Shown: positions 24,568 through 37,176 of the stretch, piece after piece
Position numbering within the stretch: the first letter of the stretch is position 1
Layout: every line of letters begins with the position of its first letter
From: Diplonema japonicum
Lineage: Eukaryota > Protista > Euglenozoa: Diplonemea
DNA length: 64,000 nt
Direction: 5' to 3'
Assembly: GCA_964019335.1 (NCBI GenBank)
Contig: OZ025673.1
Span: 62,001-126,000 of the forward strand
The notes under the pieces: generated by a model
Seen by the model: only the letters and a program-made list of their open reading frames with translations
Database searches by the model: none
What the model was told of the DNA's origin: nothing
Made by a program: the position numbers and the translations under genes

Positions 24568-24663
24568 CTTCCCAACCTGTGTGGTGCGTGCATGTGAGTA
24601 CTAGAAATACATATGATCTTATGGAGGTCAATGACACTCTCTCATCTACTAGCCAACCGTTCT

Positions 24664-24712
<49 letters not shown>

Positions 24713-24814
24713 CATTTAAGGGGTACCTGCGGTATGTTGCAGGACGCCTTAAAAAAAGGCGGTAGAACCGCAGAAAACAAGTGCATTCAAAAGACACGCC
24801 AGTAGAAACTGGCG

Positions 24815-26833
24815 CTAGCGGACAGCAAGGTTTGCACGATTGTTCCAAGTCTCGGGGACGATGGATGGGGCGATGCTTGAGAAGTGCACGGCGGCAGACG
24901 AGGTGATCGCAATCTCGATGAGGTCCTTCTTACGAGGAGCTCTTGCCTGTGAAGGGGGCGGGGGCATGCACGGCTGTGGTATGGGAGGCGGCGTCATGCG
25001 ATGCACCTTCGGTGAGGACGAGTAGACTTCGACACTCGAGATGCGTGACTTTTTAAGGTTCAGAGCGTGCTGCCTGTTGCACGCTTGTTCCTGGACTGCC
25101 CATGTGTCACACATGCTGCTCACCATCTGCGTCAGCGACAGTGTCTTCTGCTTGTACTTGTCCAGCGCATGTCTGATGCGCAGTCCCACATCCTGCTCAG
25201 CAGTCTTCCTGATGTCCTTCCCGTAGCTGACGAATGACAGTGCCTCATCATTGTCGGTCCTCTCGGCTACCTCCACGGGGTAGTCTAGCTCCAGCGGGAT
25301 GTGCCCGTAAGCATCCAAGTCCAGCAAAGCATCCGTATCTCCCGCAGACGTTTGTAGTCTTTCTAACTGCTCGGTCCGTGTCCGCAAGACCTGTTTGAAT
25401 CTTGCAAGCCTCGTCTGCATGTCTTCGTTTTCCTTCCTCACATCAATCATGTCGCTGTGCATGTGGGTGGACTCCCTTGCCGTGCAGATAGCCCCCGACC
25501 AGCGATCTTCAGATAATAAAACTAATTTTTTGCCCCTCCTGCCACGATGTGCCCCGCTGGGTGGTAACACGAGCACTTCCTTTGCCGCCATGTCACGTCG
25601 CTTTTGCTTCGCCATCGTTGTGCTCACAGTGTCGGACATAAGGTGTTCAGAAGGCTCTACAAGCTGCTGTGCCTTTCGGACGACAGACGCCGCTTTTACA
25701 TCAACGAGACCAAGTTTCGGTACTGGCAGAATGTCCCGTGGCGGTATCCATCTTTTCAGAGGCGCAACTTCGATGTCAGGCGCCTTTGCTAGGTAGCACG
25801 CTGTATCCTTGCGTGGCCATACGTAACTGTACACACGGGGCTTGCTCTTTGTAATGACAATAGGTGAGTCCTTGATTTGAGACGGGCTCCCAGTGTGGTT
25901 CTTATGGCTGGAGCGTGACTGCTCACTGCTGGGCTTTTTTTGGTTGCTGAAACGCACCTCTGAAGCTGCGTTCGCGTTCTCGTTCCTAATGGTGCCATCT
26001 TGCTCATCCAGTCTTCTTTCCCATCTGGCGGGAAAGGGCACAGAGGTCGACTCCCTTATGGAGTCACGGGGCGTACTAGTCTCCTTCTTAATGCGGTATA
26101 TGAACCGCTTGGCGACCTTCCTGGCGAGGGAGAAGACGCGGGTCTGTTCTGACTCGGCATGGAGCGCCGCCTCGGTGACACGAAAGGCGGTACTTAGCTT
26201 GGTCCATCGCACGTCTTCGGTTTTAGTGATTCTTCGGGAGAGGTTCTTGACAACAAGGTAGCAGGCGGCCACTAGCCCGTCGTGTGAGGGGAGGGAGAGG
26301 TAACGAATGACATGCTTGAGGGCTTGGGAATCTTGCACGTCCGTGAGGGTTGCAACAGGGGGGAAGTGGAAGGTACGGGTGATGACGGCCTCCCATTCGT
26401 CTTGCGCACGGCGCTTGGGTTGCAGCAGGAGACCATGGTCAACACCAAGGATGTCGTCAGCAAGGAAGCGAGACATGGTCTGCCCATGCCTGGTGCAGAC
26501 AGGGTCCACCATCAAGCTCCGTGTGCCTCCATTGACACTAACAGGCCAAGGCACTCCTTCCAGAAACTGCTCAGGAATGTGTACTTTCTTGCTTAGACAG
26601 AAGTTGTGAAATTCTATTGCCGCATCAATTCGCTGCGACTGCTTCGTCTTCTCCTTCGCCAGCACCTGTTGGATCGCATGCTGCATTCCCATCATCTTGG
26701 AACCGTCGCCTTCACAAGCGCTTTCCTCGCTGTTGTCGCTGCTATAGCAAAACCCTTCTTCCTCTTCTAGCATGAAGCCTTTGTGCCGTAACCGGTTCTT
26801 GGATGTTAGCTGCCGTGGGGATACGCTCATCAT
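24815..26833 (-). CDS. Hypothetical protein (672 aa, partly coiled coil)
   Basis: Long ATG-initiated ORF with coding-like composition on the cluster strand; no family recognised. Confidence 0.7.
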   Translation of the reverse strand: MMSVSPRQLTSKNRLRHKGFMLEEEEGFCYSSDNSEESACEGDGSKMMGMQHAIQQVLAKEKTKQSQRIDAAIEFHNFCLSKKVHIPEQFLEGVPWPVSVNGGTRSLMVDPVCTRHGQTMSRFLADDILGVDHGLLLQPKRRAQDEWEAVITRTFHFPPVATLTDVQDSQALKHVIRYLSLPSHDGLVAACYLVVKNLSRRITKTEDVRWTKLSTAFRVTEAALHAESEQTRVFSLARKVAKRFIYRIKKETSTPRDSIRESTSVPFPARWERRLDEQDGTIRNENANAASEVRFSNQKKPSSEQSRSSHKNHTGSPSQIKDSPIVITKSKPRVYSYVWPRKDTACYLAKAPDIEVAPLKRWIPPRDILPVPKLGLVDVKAASVVRKAQQLVEPSEHLMSDTVSTTMAKQKRRDMAAKEVLVLPPSGAHRGRRGKKLVLLSEDRWSGAICTARESTHMHSDMIDVRKENEDMQTRLARFKQVLRTRTEQLERLQTSAGDTDALLDLDAYGHIPLELDYPVEVAERTDNDEALSFVSYGKDIRKTAEQDVGLRIRHALDKYKQKTLSLTQMVSSMCDTWAVQEQACNRQHALNLKKSRISSVEVYSSSPKVHRMTPPPIPQPCMPPPPSQARAPRKKDLIEIAITSSAAVHFSSIAPSIVPETWNNRANLAVR

Positions 26834-28109
26834 TGTTTCTTTCCCCCCCCCCCCCCCCTTTCTTTTTATAAATATTCAGGAAAATCCCATTGTGTGTCCC
26901 CAGTCCCGGCAACAGGTGTGCGAATCCGTTCAGTACTCTTGCGTTAGCTCTTCCTGTGCACGCGGGAAAAAAAAAAAAAAAAAAAGAATGCGCAACACAG
27001 ATGTTTCGAAAAATATTATAGAATAGGGTTTGGATAAGAAGAAAGAGAAGAAAGCTAGGATGAGGGAGGGGAAAGGGAGTTCTTTTTTTTTTTTTCTTTC
27101 GTTCTTCTGCATGTAAGGGAGGAAGGGTAGAAAGGTGGAACGTCGTTTTCTTTTTTCTTCTTCTTTCCCTTCTTCCCACCCTTCTTCCCCCTTTCTTGTT
27201 CTTACCTCTAATTTTTCTTCACGCGCCAGGGAAAAGACAATAAGGTTGAGGAAGAAAAAAAAATATATAAAAAAAAAATAAAATAAAAAAAAGCAAGATA
27301 AAGAGGAGAGGGAAGATGTAATCATATTAATGTGCGCTTTCTTTCTTTTTCTGTTTTTCAGGTTGATAACTTTTGTTTCGTTCTTGTTGTGATTGGTAAC
27401 AATAAAAACGGAAATAACTGTCTTCTTTTATTTCAAAGGAGGGAGAGAAGGGAAAAGAAATTGGTACCCTTACCAGCATTCTCCACACCCCCCCCTTTTT
27501 TTCTTTTTTCTCGTTGTCTATGATAAGAATTAGGGGGGCAAAAAAAGGGTGGGGGGGAGCAACAAAATTTACTATGTGCCAACACAACGGCCACCATAAT
27601 AAAACAAATGCAAGGTTTTGTTCTTTGTATTTCTTTTTTCTTTTTGATATCTTTATTTTCTTTTTCTTTTTTTCTTTTTTTTTTTTTGCCCTCTTTTTTT
27701 TTTTTCTCCCTTTTTTTTTTCCCCTCCACTTTTTCTCCATACCAGGTCTCGGGGAAGAAAAGAAAATAAAATCTTTTGGATTTTAGCCCACGGGACAGGT
27801 TGTTGCTCCAAAAAAAAAAAAGAAGAAGAAGAAGGGGGGGGGGGGGGGGGGGAACACCTATTTTTCTTTCTTCACGATGTACTCGGGAACACGGAAAAAA
27901 AACAAAGAGCAGCTTAAAAAAGGACCAGTGCACCCCCCCCCCCCCCCCCCCCCCTTCCCTTTCTTTATTATTTCTTTATTTGTTCTTTCATTCTTTTTTT
28001 TTTCATTTTTTTTTTTTGGGAACGGCTGGATTATAGGATGTATAAAAAAAAATTGGAATCAAAATTTAAAAAAAAGAAGGGACATAAAAAAAAAAAATAA
28101 AAAAAAAAT

Positions 28110-28150
28110 TCACTATGGGTAGGAACGAAGTGGTTAACAACGGCACCGCC
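28110..28150 (+). repeat. Dispersed short element, 5' part (copy 1)
   Basis: TCACTATGGGTAGGAACGAAGTGGTTAACAACGGC follows an A-tract and matches the copy at 38625. Confidence 0.8.
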
Positions 28151-28480
28151 AATAAAAGAAAAAGAAGAAAAAAAATAAAAGAAATTATAAAGCCCTTTTG
28201 CATCCGCTCCCCGCCCTTATGTTGCCCTCTTTCTTTCCCTTGAAAAAAAAACCCCCCCCTTTTTTTCCCTCCCCAAATCCCCGGCCTTCACTGGATGCTG
28301 CATCTAGTTAAATAAACCAGTTTCTAATGTATCAAATTTTCATGCAATGGTCCGTTACGTGTGAATGGAAAAAAAGGGGTAAATAAAGATGACTCTGGCA
28401 TTAATGCTTCAGACCTTGCCATTTATCATCAGCATACTCAGCGAGGGAAGGCGGGCTGGGGAGAGTATTGAGGGGAGAGG

Positions 28481-28515
<35 letters not shown>

Positions 28516-28577
28516 CCTCATACCAACTATGGTAAAACTCCGGCTGGGTGGGGCGCAAAACTAGCAGGTGTACGATT

Positions 28578-28631
<54 letters not shown>

Positions 28632-31600
28632 CAATTCTGCGTGCTTTGTTGCCACAGCGCAAAAGAAAAAAAAGGGGGGGGGGAGGGGAGTAAAACTCAC
28701 GCAGGGCCACATGCAGTAACAAGAAAATAATGTTTTTTTTTTTTTTTTTTTTCGTATGCTTCGGCAAAGAGGGGATTCTTTTTTTTTTTTTTTTTTTTTT
28801 TTGAAAAGAAAGAAAACCTGTGTTCGCTTGATCTGCAAAAAATGTATACCGGGACCAAAATCTGAGGGGGGAAAAATGTGCATCCCACACATACCCGCCC
28901 CCCCAGACCCCCATTCGAGGGGTTTGCTCTGAAATAGTTTTCAAAAATAAAAAAACAAAAAAAAGGAAAAATAATGAAAGTCGGAAGCAAGCAGGAATCT
29001 TAATGTGATGAGGGCCCAGCCGCCACCACCGAAAGATGTATGGGAAGAAGAAGAAAAAAAAAAAAAAAGTGTATTTTGTCTTTAGTTAGAGCAGACTTTT
29101 TAAAAAGCTCAGCACATCAGCCCATCATTGCCTTCTGCTGTGCAGGAGGCCGCAGTCAGCGGTTCGCCTACAGGGCATGTTTTGCTTTCGCAGGAACGCT
29201 TTGGTGTTCTTTAAAAAAAAAAAAATGATTCTGTTAAAAGCTCCCTTGTGGTGAAGGGTTGTTTGGTTTTACTTTGACCCATATATATAAATCTAAAAAA
29301 AGGTTATTGGGTCAGGACCCCCCCCCCCCCCCCCCCCCCGCAGGATGGTGTACAATCCTTTATGGGTGAAATTGCAGTAGGAAATCAATAGCCAGACAGA
29401 ATTGTATCCACCTTCAAAAAAAATAGGGCAGGAATACGTTGAAGAAAATAAAAGAAGAAATAAAAAAAAAAATTAAAAAAAAAAACCTTCATAAACAAAT
29501 GTCAATGTTATACCTATTCCCCATCTAAGGCTTTCTTTTCTCTCTCTTTTCTTTTTTTTTTTTTTTTTTTTTTTCTCCTTAAAAAATTCGTGATGTGTCT
29601 TTCCCTTTATTATTATTATTATTTTTTTTTTTACCCCTGTTTAAGACTTAACCCAACAGTTAAGGGAGCAGACAGAATTCCTTTCTTTTTTTTTTTTCCT
29701 TCTCTCTTTCTATTTTCTTTTCTCGTCTTTTTCTAGTAATATTACTTGCTCACTTAAAGCTGCCAAATGTGGCCAACTTATAGGTAAGAAAAATACACCA
29801 TGAAAAAAAAGGGGGGGGGAAGAAAAGCATGGTGAAAGTGCACCAATGTTGCCTATCGAAGCCACAGCGTAACTAAATTATAGTTTCCCAATCTCAAAAT
29901 CCAAAAAAAAAAGGAAGAGAATGAAAAACATATACCCTGCTGGGTTTCGCTTGGTTTAGTAGTAGTAGGTTCGGTTTCTTTTTTTTTTCCCCCCCTCTTT
30001 CTTTCTTTCTTTCCCGTCAATAAAAAAAAAACCCCCCTCTTTTTGTTGTAAAAGTCCACTTAGGTATGGTCAAACTAGGTCCCCCTGATTTTAAAATTGT
30101 AATGGGGGTGTTCCTTTTCTTTCATTTTTCTTTCCCCCCTTCTTTGCGCACGTTTAGTGCCTGAGAAGCGTGATATTAAGCATAAAATGGGTCGTGGTTT
30201 TCTTTGTAAATTTTAGTTTTCTTTGGGGTCCCAATGAAAATCTGAGCAAGATGCAAAAAAAGACTTTCCAAGGGTTATTATTCAAAAAAAAAACTTTTTT
30301 TTATCGTGAAAAAATGAGAAAAAAAAAAAGAAAAAAAAGTATATATGTGGGGGAAGGTATTGGCAAAAAAATTAGTTATTCAAAAAAATTAAATAAAAAT
30401 GGACTTCTTTTGGGTTTTGGATTTCGTTCCTTCTTTCTTTCTTTCTTTCTTTTTTTTTCTTTTCTTCTCTTCTAAAAAGGGGGTGGAGGGGAAGTGTCCT
30501 CGAAATAAGTAATGGAAGGAAAGGAAGAGGAGAGGGAAAAGAAAAAAGAGGAGACCTTTAGAAAAAAAATAAACAAATAAATAAATAAATAAAAAGGCCT
30601 TTCGAAAAAAGGCATCATTTTTCTCTTCGGGGTCAATACCTTACGGGCATCGCACCTGGATTCAAATACCTTATTCCAGGATTTCGCCTTCAAGTATTTG
30701 GAAACTTGCGCAAGTATAGCGAAATAAAGAGATAGCATCTAACAGTGACATGCGACATGTTTTCTTTTTTTTTTTTTTTTCTTCTTTTTAGTTATTAAAG
30801 GATATTTCGCAACTACACGAGGGGGGAGAAAAAAAAATCATGTTAAGAGGAAGGAATTTCCCCCTTGGTAAAAAAAAAAAAAAAAAAAAAAAGCCACACT
30901 GAGCGTCAGAAAAAAAAAAAGAAAAAAAATGGGAGGGATAAGTGGGAATGCTATAGAGCTATAATGAAAAGAGAGAGAAAGTGGGGGGGGGGGGGGGGGG
31001 AGAGTGGACAAAAAAAATAATAATAATAATAAATAAAAAAAAGGAATAAAAAAAAAGTAACCATAACAAACTAAGCGTCTTATCTTCTTTTTCTTTTTTT
31101 TTTTCTCTTCTTTCTTGTTTCTAATAAACAAATGCCCCATAATAAAATAAAAAAAAACCCCCCCAAGAAAAAAAGCCAAGACGCAACTGACGAACCAATG
31201 ATGGGGTATTTTGTGGCTCAAACGATCGACCTTGCTTCTTGGGGGCATTATAGGGTCATTTTTTTTTTTTTTTTTTTTTTTTTTTTCCAAAATAAATAAA
31301 TAAAAAGTTTCCCCCCAAAAAAATAAAGGTTCGTCCACCAATTGTGCGACAGGTCATACCTATGCGAAAACCTTTTGAAAAAGAACGAGTGGAAAGGCAA
31401 ACTTAATGGGGTCGAAGGGGGAATAGGGGGAAAAAAAAATTCTTCATCACCTTCTTACTATTTTTTTCCTCTTTTCGCAAAAAAAAAAAAAAAAAGAGTT
31501 GAGTGTGTTTAGCATTTGTTTGCACACACAGTACAAATCCTGAGATAAGTACTGCATGGTACCACTACTCCTTTTTTTTTCCTTTTTTTTTTTCCAGAAA

Positions 31601-31681
31601 CTGAGCAGTATTTCCGTTAAATACATGAGAGCAGGGCACGAGAAGGGGTATTTCCAGACTGCCCCGCACGGTGGGGAAAAG

Positions 31682-31722
<41 letters not shown>

Positions 31723-31756
31723 CAGCACACCCGAGACTTGCGGTGATTGAAGAATA

Positions 31757-31795
<39 letters not shown>

Positions 31796-31897
31796 CAATG
31801 AACGAAACAACCACTTCCAAAGGAAATGCGAGGACAAGCTTCGCACAGCCAGAAAACAAGACAACAAAGGTGGAGTTGGTGCTTGTCAAAAGACGGG

Positions 31898-31937
<40 letters not shown>

Positions 31938-32480
31938 ACATCAGGCATAGACTACTGCAGGAAAATAAAGGCAGAAGGAAAGAAGAAAGGGAAGAAGGAA
32001 AATTGCCCAGCTGACGCCGTACCACAGCAAGCGGCATAGTCTTCAGAGGGGGGGGCACTTCTGTTATTTTGTTCTTCGGCAAAACATGTATCTCTCACTT
32101 CCCTTTATTCTCTGTTAGCCACCTTGATAGATATATATACCCAATCCGAGGGATAATAAAAAAAAAAAAGAATAAAAAAAATTACGATGAATCGTATTCT
32201 TCGTGTGTGCGAAAATGAAAAAAAAAAAGGGGGGATAACAGAGAGTTGCAAAAGCTCGATAAAAGCTAAAATAATTGTATGTGAGTCCTCATAAAATGAA
32301 GCTTTTTTTTTCTTCTTCCTTTTGCTGTACTACTACCAAAGGGGGGGGGTTGAAAGAGGGATTTTTAAAAATAAATAAAATTTAAACAAGATTCCCTTTT
32401 TAGGATTTTAAGTCCCCCCCCACCCCCACGGTTTTGCCATCGACAGGCTCTTTTGTAGGATACTCCTTAATCTCAAGGTC

Positions 32481-32790
32481 TCATCTTTGGGACATTATTA
32501 AGAAGCAATGTTGATAGAAAAAGAAAACTAAAGGCCATAAGGACAACACACCTTGCGGAAATACCTTTTTTCTTTTTTTTTTTCTTTGGGGGGGGAGAGA
32601 GTTTCTTATTAATTTGGGATCAAGTATACACCCTCCCCCCCTGGTTTTACCATCGAATGTAAGATACCCCTTTTATCCCAGCGTTCACCTTTGGGACATT
32701 ATTTAGAAGCAAATGTTATGATATAGAAAAAGAAAACTAAAAGGGCATAAGGACAACACACCTTGTAGAAATATCCTTTTCTCTTTTTTT
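32481..32790. repeat. Imperfect direct duplication of a ~100-bp unit (32481-32580 and 32686-32790)
   Basis: Both copies read CTTTGGGACATTATT..AGAAGCAA..GAAAAAGAAAACTAAA.GG.CATAAGGACAACACACCTTG..GAAATA.CTTTT. Confidence 0.85.
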
Positions 32791-32914
32791 TTTTTGTTTT
32801 TTTTTTCTTTCTTTTTTCGTTCTACCATTTTTCTTTTGAACCCAGGGAAAGGGGGATCCGTACATCCCCACTACTCCAAAATAAAAATATAAAAATAAAA
32901 AAATATTGTGTTCT

Positions 32915-32958
<44 letters not shown>

Positions 32959-33062
32959 CTTTCTTGTGTGTGTGCTTTAAAAAGAGAAAAAAAAAAAGTG
33001 TGCAATATGTATGCAACAAAAAAAAAAAAAAAAAAATAGTAATAATAATAAATAAAAAGAAT

Positions 33063-33101
33063 TCACTATGATAGGAACGAAGTGCTTTAGCAACGGCCAC
33101 C
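33063..33101 (+). repeat. Dispersed short element, 5' part (copy 2)
   Basis: TCACTATGATAGGAACGAAGTGCTTTAGCAACGGCCACC. Confidence 0.85.
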
Positions 33102-33167
33102 ATAAAAAATATATACTAGTGTGGAGGATAAGACTACTGCAAAACAAAAAGAAGAAAAAAAAAAACT

Positions 33168-33230
33168 ACAATGATAGGAATCGAAGTGATAAGCAACGGC
33201 CCACCAGACGCTCCTTTTTGGGGTAGCTCC
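33168..33230 (+). repeat. Dispersed short element, internally deleted (copy 3)
   Basis: ATGATAGGAATCGAAGTGATAAGCAACGGCCC...GCTCCTTTTTGGGGTAGCTCC followed by an A-tract; retains both the 5' core and the 3' end of the 38625 copy. Confidence 0.75.
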
Positions 33231-36200
33231 AAAAAAAAGAGAAAATAAAAAGGGGAAAAAAACAGAGGTGCGAAATACCGAAACGTGCTTGAAACGAGAA
33301 GACTTTTAAGAAACTTAAAAAAAAGAAAAGAGAGAAAAGTTTCGTCATTTTCTTGCGTGACTTTCCACTTTCATCACTAGTTCTCTCTTTTTTTCTTCGT
33401 TCTTCTTTTTTTTCTTGCGAAATGGGAAGGGGAAGCAAGGTAACCTTGATCCCGAGTTGTCTATCCCAATGTATTGAGGGTAAGAAGAACTACCCATCCC
33501 CCCCTCTTTATTCTTTTTTCTCTTATTTCTTTTGTTTTTCTTTTACAATTATTAATTTGAGAGGAACACAAAAATCTTTTTTTAATTATCTTTTTTAATA
33601 TTTTTTTCTGCAACAGTGCGGGGGAAGGGGGGGGGATGATAGTGATTGGAAAATTCAGTTTAAAAGGAAAAGGTCCAAAAAAGAAATTGTTTTTGTATTC
33701 TTTCTTTTTTTTTCTCTTTCTTTTTTTTTTTCTTCTCCTCTTTTATTCTTCTTCTTTCTTTTTTTCTTTTTTTTTTTTCTTGGTTCATGCACTAGCTTTT
33801 GGTATTTACCTATTGCAGAAATTCGAGAAAGGGGGAGGGGGAAGAAAAAAGAAAAAGGAAAAAAAAGAGACAAAAGGACCAGCTCGTTATTGGTGTGTAA
33901 ACCTTTCTTTTTTTTTTTAAACCGCAGCCATACCAAAAGGCATTCCATTTCTTTTTTTTTTCTTTTTTTTTTTTTGTAAGTAGTCGGTAGTTCACCAGAA
34001 ACAAACATTCCTCAGTGATTGACAAGCAGAAATAAAAAATAAAAAAAAAGAGAAAAATCAAATATGCGTTAACTCTCCTGGACTAGTAGGGGTTGTCCCT
34101 CGTTCCATCGGACTGCAGGGACCCTCTGGACCAGAGAAAAGAAGGGGAGGGGGGGGGAGGAAACAAAAAACTCAAAAAGTAAAAGAAAAAGGGTGCGGCC
34201 TTCCCGTTCCAGTCCTATAGATAGAATTTGTGTAAAAAAAAAAAAAAAAAAAAAAGAAAAAAAAAAGCAAGACAACGGAAAATGAAATGGAAACCCCAGA
34301 AAAAAGGGAAGAAAAAAAAAAAAGAATAATAACAAGAGGGAGGGAGGCAATAAGAAAAGAAAAAAAAAAGAGAACTAAGAAAAAAAAAAAAAGGGAAAAA
34401 AAAAGGGGGTATTCACCCAATACCCTCTTTTCTCAAAAACTCTTTTTTTTTTTTTTCTTCCTTTTATTTTTTTCTCACCTTCTAGCCTACAGCACTTGCA
34501 ACAGACTTAGAGTGTCAGCTGATCAAACACACAGGCACCTACGGAAGGGGGAATATAAAAGGAACGGGCTAACATCCGAAAAAATAGTTCGTAATTTTTC
34601 TTTTCCCCTTCCCCCCCTTTTCATTATTATACCCTGCCCTCATTCAGCACCGCTCCAGCCATAAATCATAAATCCGTTGAAATATATCGTTCACCCTCTA
34701 TATTCATTTCTTTACAGAACGGCAAGGCGCCACCCTGAAAGAAAAAGTCAGATGAGAGGAGAATAAAAAATAATAAAAAAAAGTTTGCATATTGAGCCTT
34801 TACTCTGTTCATTTTTCCCACACGGTGTATCAAGGCAAAAATGAGGGAAAGAAGAAGACGAAAAAATTGGGGGGGGGGTGAAATAAGTTTTAGGAAAAAA
34901 AAAAATGAGAGAGCAAGATTCGTCAGCAAAAAAAAGTGCATAAAGGCCACTCTTTTAAAAAAAGAAATCTCATTCTATTTTTTCTCTCCCTCTTCTTTTC
35001 TTTTTTTTTTTCTCCTTCTCTTTTATTCTATTCACCCCTTTTGGTCTCTTTCTGGTGAGGCTTTCAGATTCCTTCTTATCCCACCATAATGTAAAGAAGG
35101 CCATTTTCTTTTTTCGACTTTCTTTTGTTTCTTTCCCTTTTTTTTTTAAAAAAAAAAGAAAAAACCTTCTTTTCTCCCTTTTCTTTTTTTGTGTCTGAAG
35201 AAGAAATCCTTCAGCTCGGAAGGGGAAATAAAAAAAGCTTTTTTTCTTTCTCTTCTTTTTTTTATTAGGGGATGGGGAGGAGTTTGGGGGGGGGGGGGGT
35301 TTGTTTCTTTTTTTAAAAAAAAGATGGGGAAGGGAAGGAAAGGAAAGGAAAGGAAGAAGGAAGAAAATAAGTAGAAGGACTGGAACCTGTGGCAGGACGC
35401 ACCACTTTTAATTTCATCTTTTCTCGCTAAATGCAACAGGACACAGAAACAGTGTGGAAAAAGAAGGAAAGGGAGAATTAAATTTTAGAGACAAATCCTC
35501 CGGTTATCTGCTGAAGTCTCCAAGACTCTCACCCATGGTAGCAAACCCTCAGAATACCCTTTTTTTTCCTGCTGGGGTTTTGTTTTATGTGCACTAAAAA
35601 AAAAAAAAAAAAAAAAAAAAAAAGATTTGGTATCTGTATTTCTGTTGCAGTTAAAAAGACAAAAAAAATTGATTCTTTTTCCTTTGCCATAGGGAAGGGA
35701 GGAGGAGAACTGTTTGCAACTTTCCATCATTATACACACAGCACATTTTGGAAGAACAGAAGAAGCAAGAAAAAAATCTTTTTTTGTATAATTTTCTTTT
35801 TTTTTTGACTTTCTTTTAAGGGGAGGAACGGAAAAAAAATATATAAAGGGAGAAGTAGAAATAAAAAAAAATTAAAGTATTTTTGATTGGAGGTAAAAAA
35901 AAGAAAGGCGGGAAGAAGGAAAAAAAAAATAAATAAATAAAAAAAAGAGAAAAAAAAAACCATCGATGATGGTCTTCTTTTTCCTTTTTTCTTTTTTCTC
36001 CTGTCCCTGCTTTTTCTTTTTCTTCTTTTCTTTTCTTAAACTCTTTTCTTTTCTTTTACCCCTCCTTCTTCTCCTTTTTTCCTTTTCTTTTTTCCCCTTC
36101 CTGCTCATATTCTCACTTGCCCTTGGTTTCATGCAATAAAAGTAAGCAAAAAAAACAAGAATAAAAGGAAGGCTGGAATGGACACAAAAAAAGCTTTAAT

Positions 36201-36805
36201 AATAAATAAAAGAAAGGTAGGGAGAAGGAAATGGGGAAAAGGAGGGAGATATAAAAAAAAAATAGGAATTCACTTTTGCAATATGCAAATGAAAAACTGT
36301 CAAGTTTGCTTTTTTTTCTTTTTCTCTTTCTAAATTTAAAAAAAAAAAAGTAACAGAAAAATTGTAATAACAGAGAAAGGAAGAAGAAGAAAGTTTTTTG
36401 AGTGACTCATTCTGAAAAAATGAATTATTTTTCTACCAAAGGCTTCTTCCCTTTTCTCTTTTTTTTCCCGCACTTTTTTTTAAAGTAAAGTAACAAGCCT
36501 TTAGGCATATATGCAGCTGTGAGCCAAGTTCCTTGTTAGTTGCAAAGGAGTGCTAGTTGCACACAAATATATTTATTACGATGGGGGAAGAGAAAGGATG
36601 TTAGTCCCACCAGAAATGAAAAAAAAAGCGCAAAATAAAAAAAAATAAATAAACCGGGTTTGAAGAGAACCTGCAAGTGTGTTTCAGGGTCAGGACCACC
36701 TAATAAAGAAAGGCTACCCCATGTATAAAAAAATCAAAAGTGAAATCGTTCTTTTTTTTTTCTTTCTTTCTTCTTTGCTGTATGATAAAGAAATACCTTC
36801 GCCTC

Positions 36806-36846
<41 letters not shown>

Positions 36847-37136
36847 TAAACACATTTCGTCATTTCCATGCGAAAAGGGAGTACGAAAAACAAGTCACGG
36901 CGCCCGGGTAAAATAAAAAAAAAAAAAATAGAAAATAAAAAAACGAAGGGGTGTGGGGGGAACGAGCCTTCATCATTGGATTGGGCCAATCGCTTTTTTT
37001 TCTTTTTTTTTTCTTTTTTTTCTCTTTTTCTTTTTACATTATTGTGAATGAAAGGAAAGGGGGGGGGAGGGACGTGGGAAGACGGGGTACAAACCAGGGG
37101 CAAATACCCCTGGGACCTTGTTGTGATTCTTCATTT

Positions 37137-37176
<40 letters not shown>

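Noticed and set aside
24577-24786. Possible extra 5' coding exons for the SNF2 gene (ATG 24786, two GT-AG segments in frame)
   Set aside because: The ATG is only 28 nt from the upstream stop, and the long T-tract plus CAG fits a trans-splice acceptor equally well. It cannot be resolved without cDNA.
28404-28436. Minus-strand ATGC-TGATGA...CTGA-AGCAT resembling a box C/D snoRNA or SECIS
   Set aside because: Only 13 nt separate the boxes, with no room for guide sequences or a SECIS helix II and no K-turn bulge.
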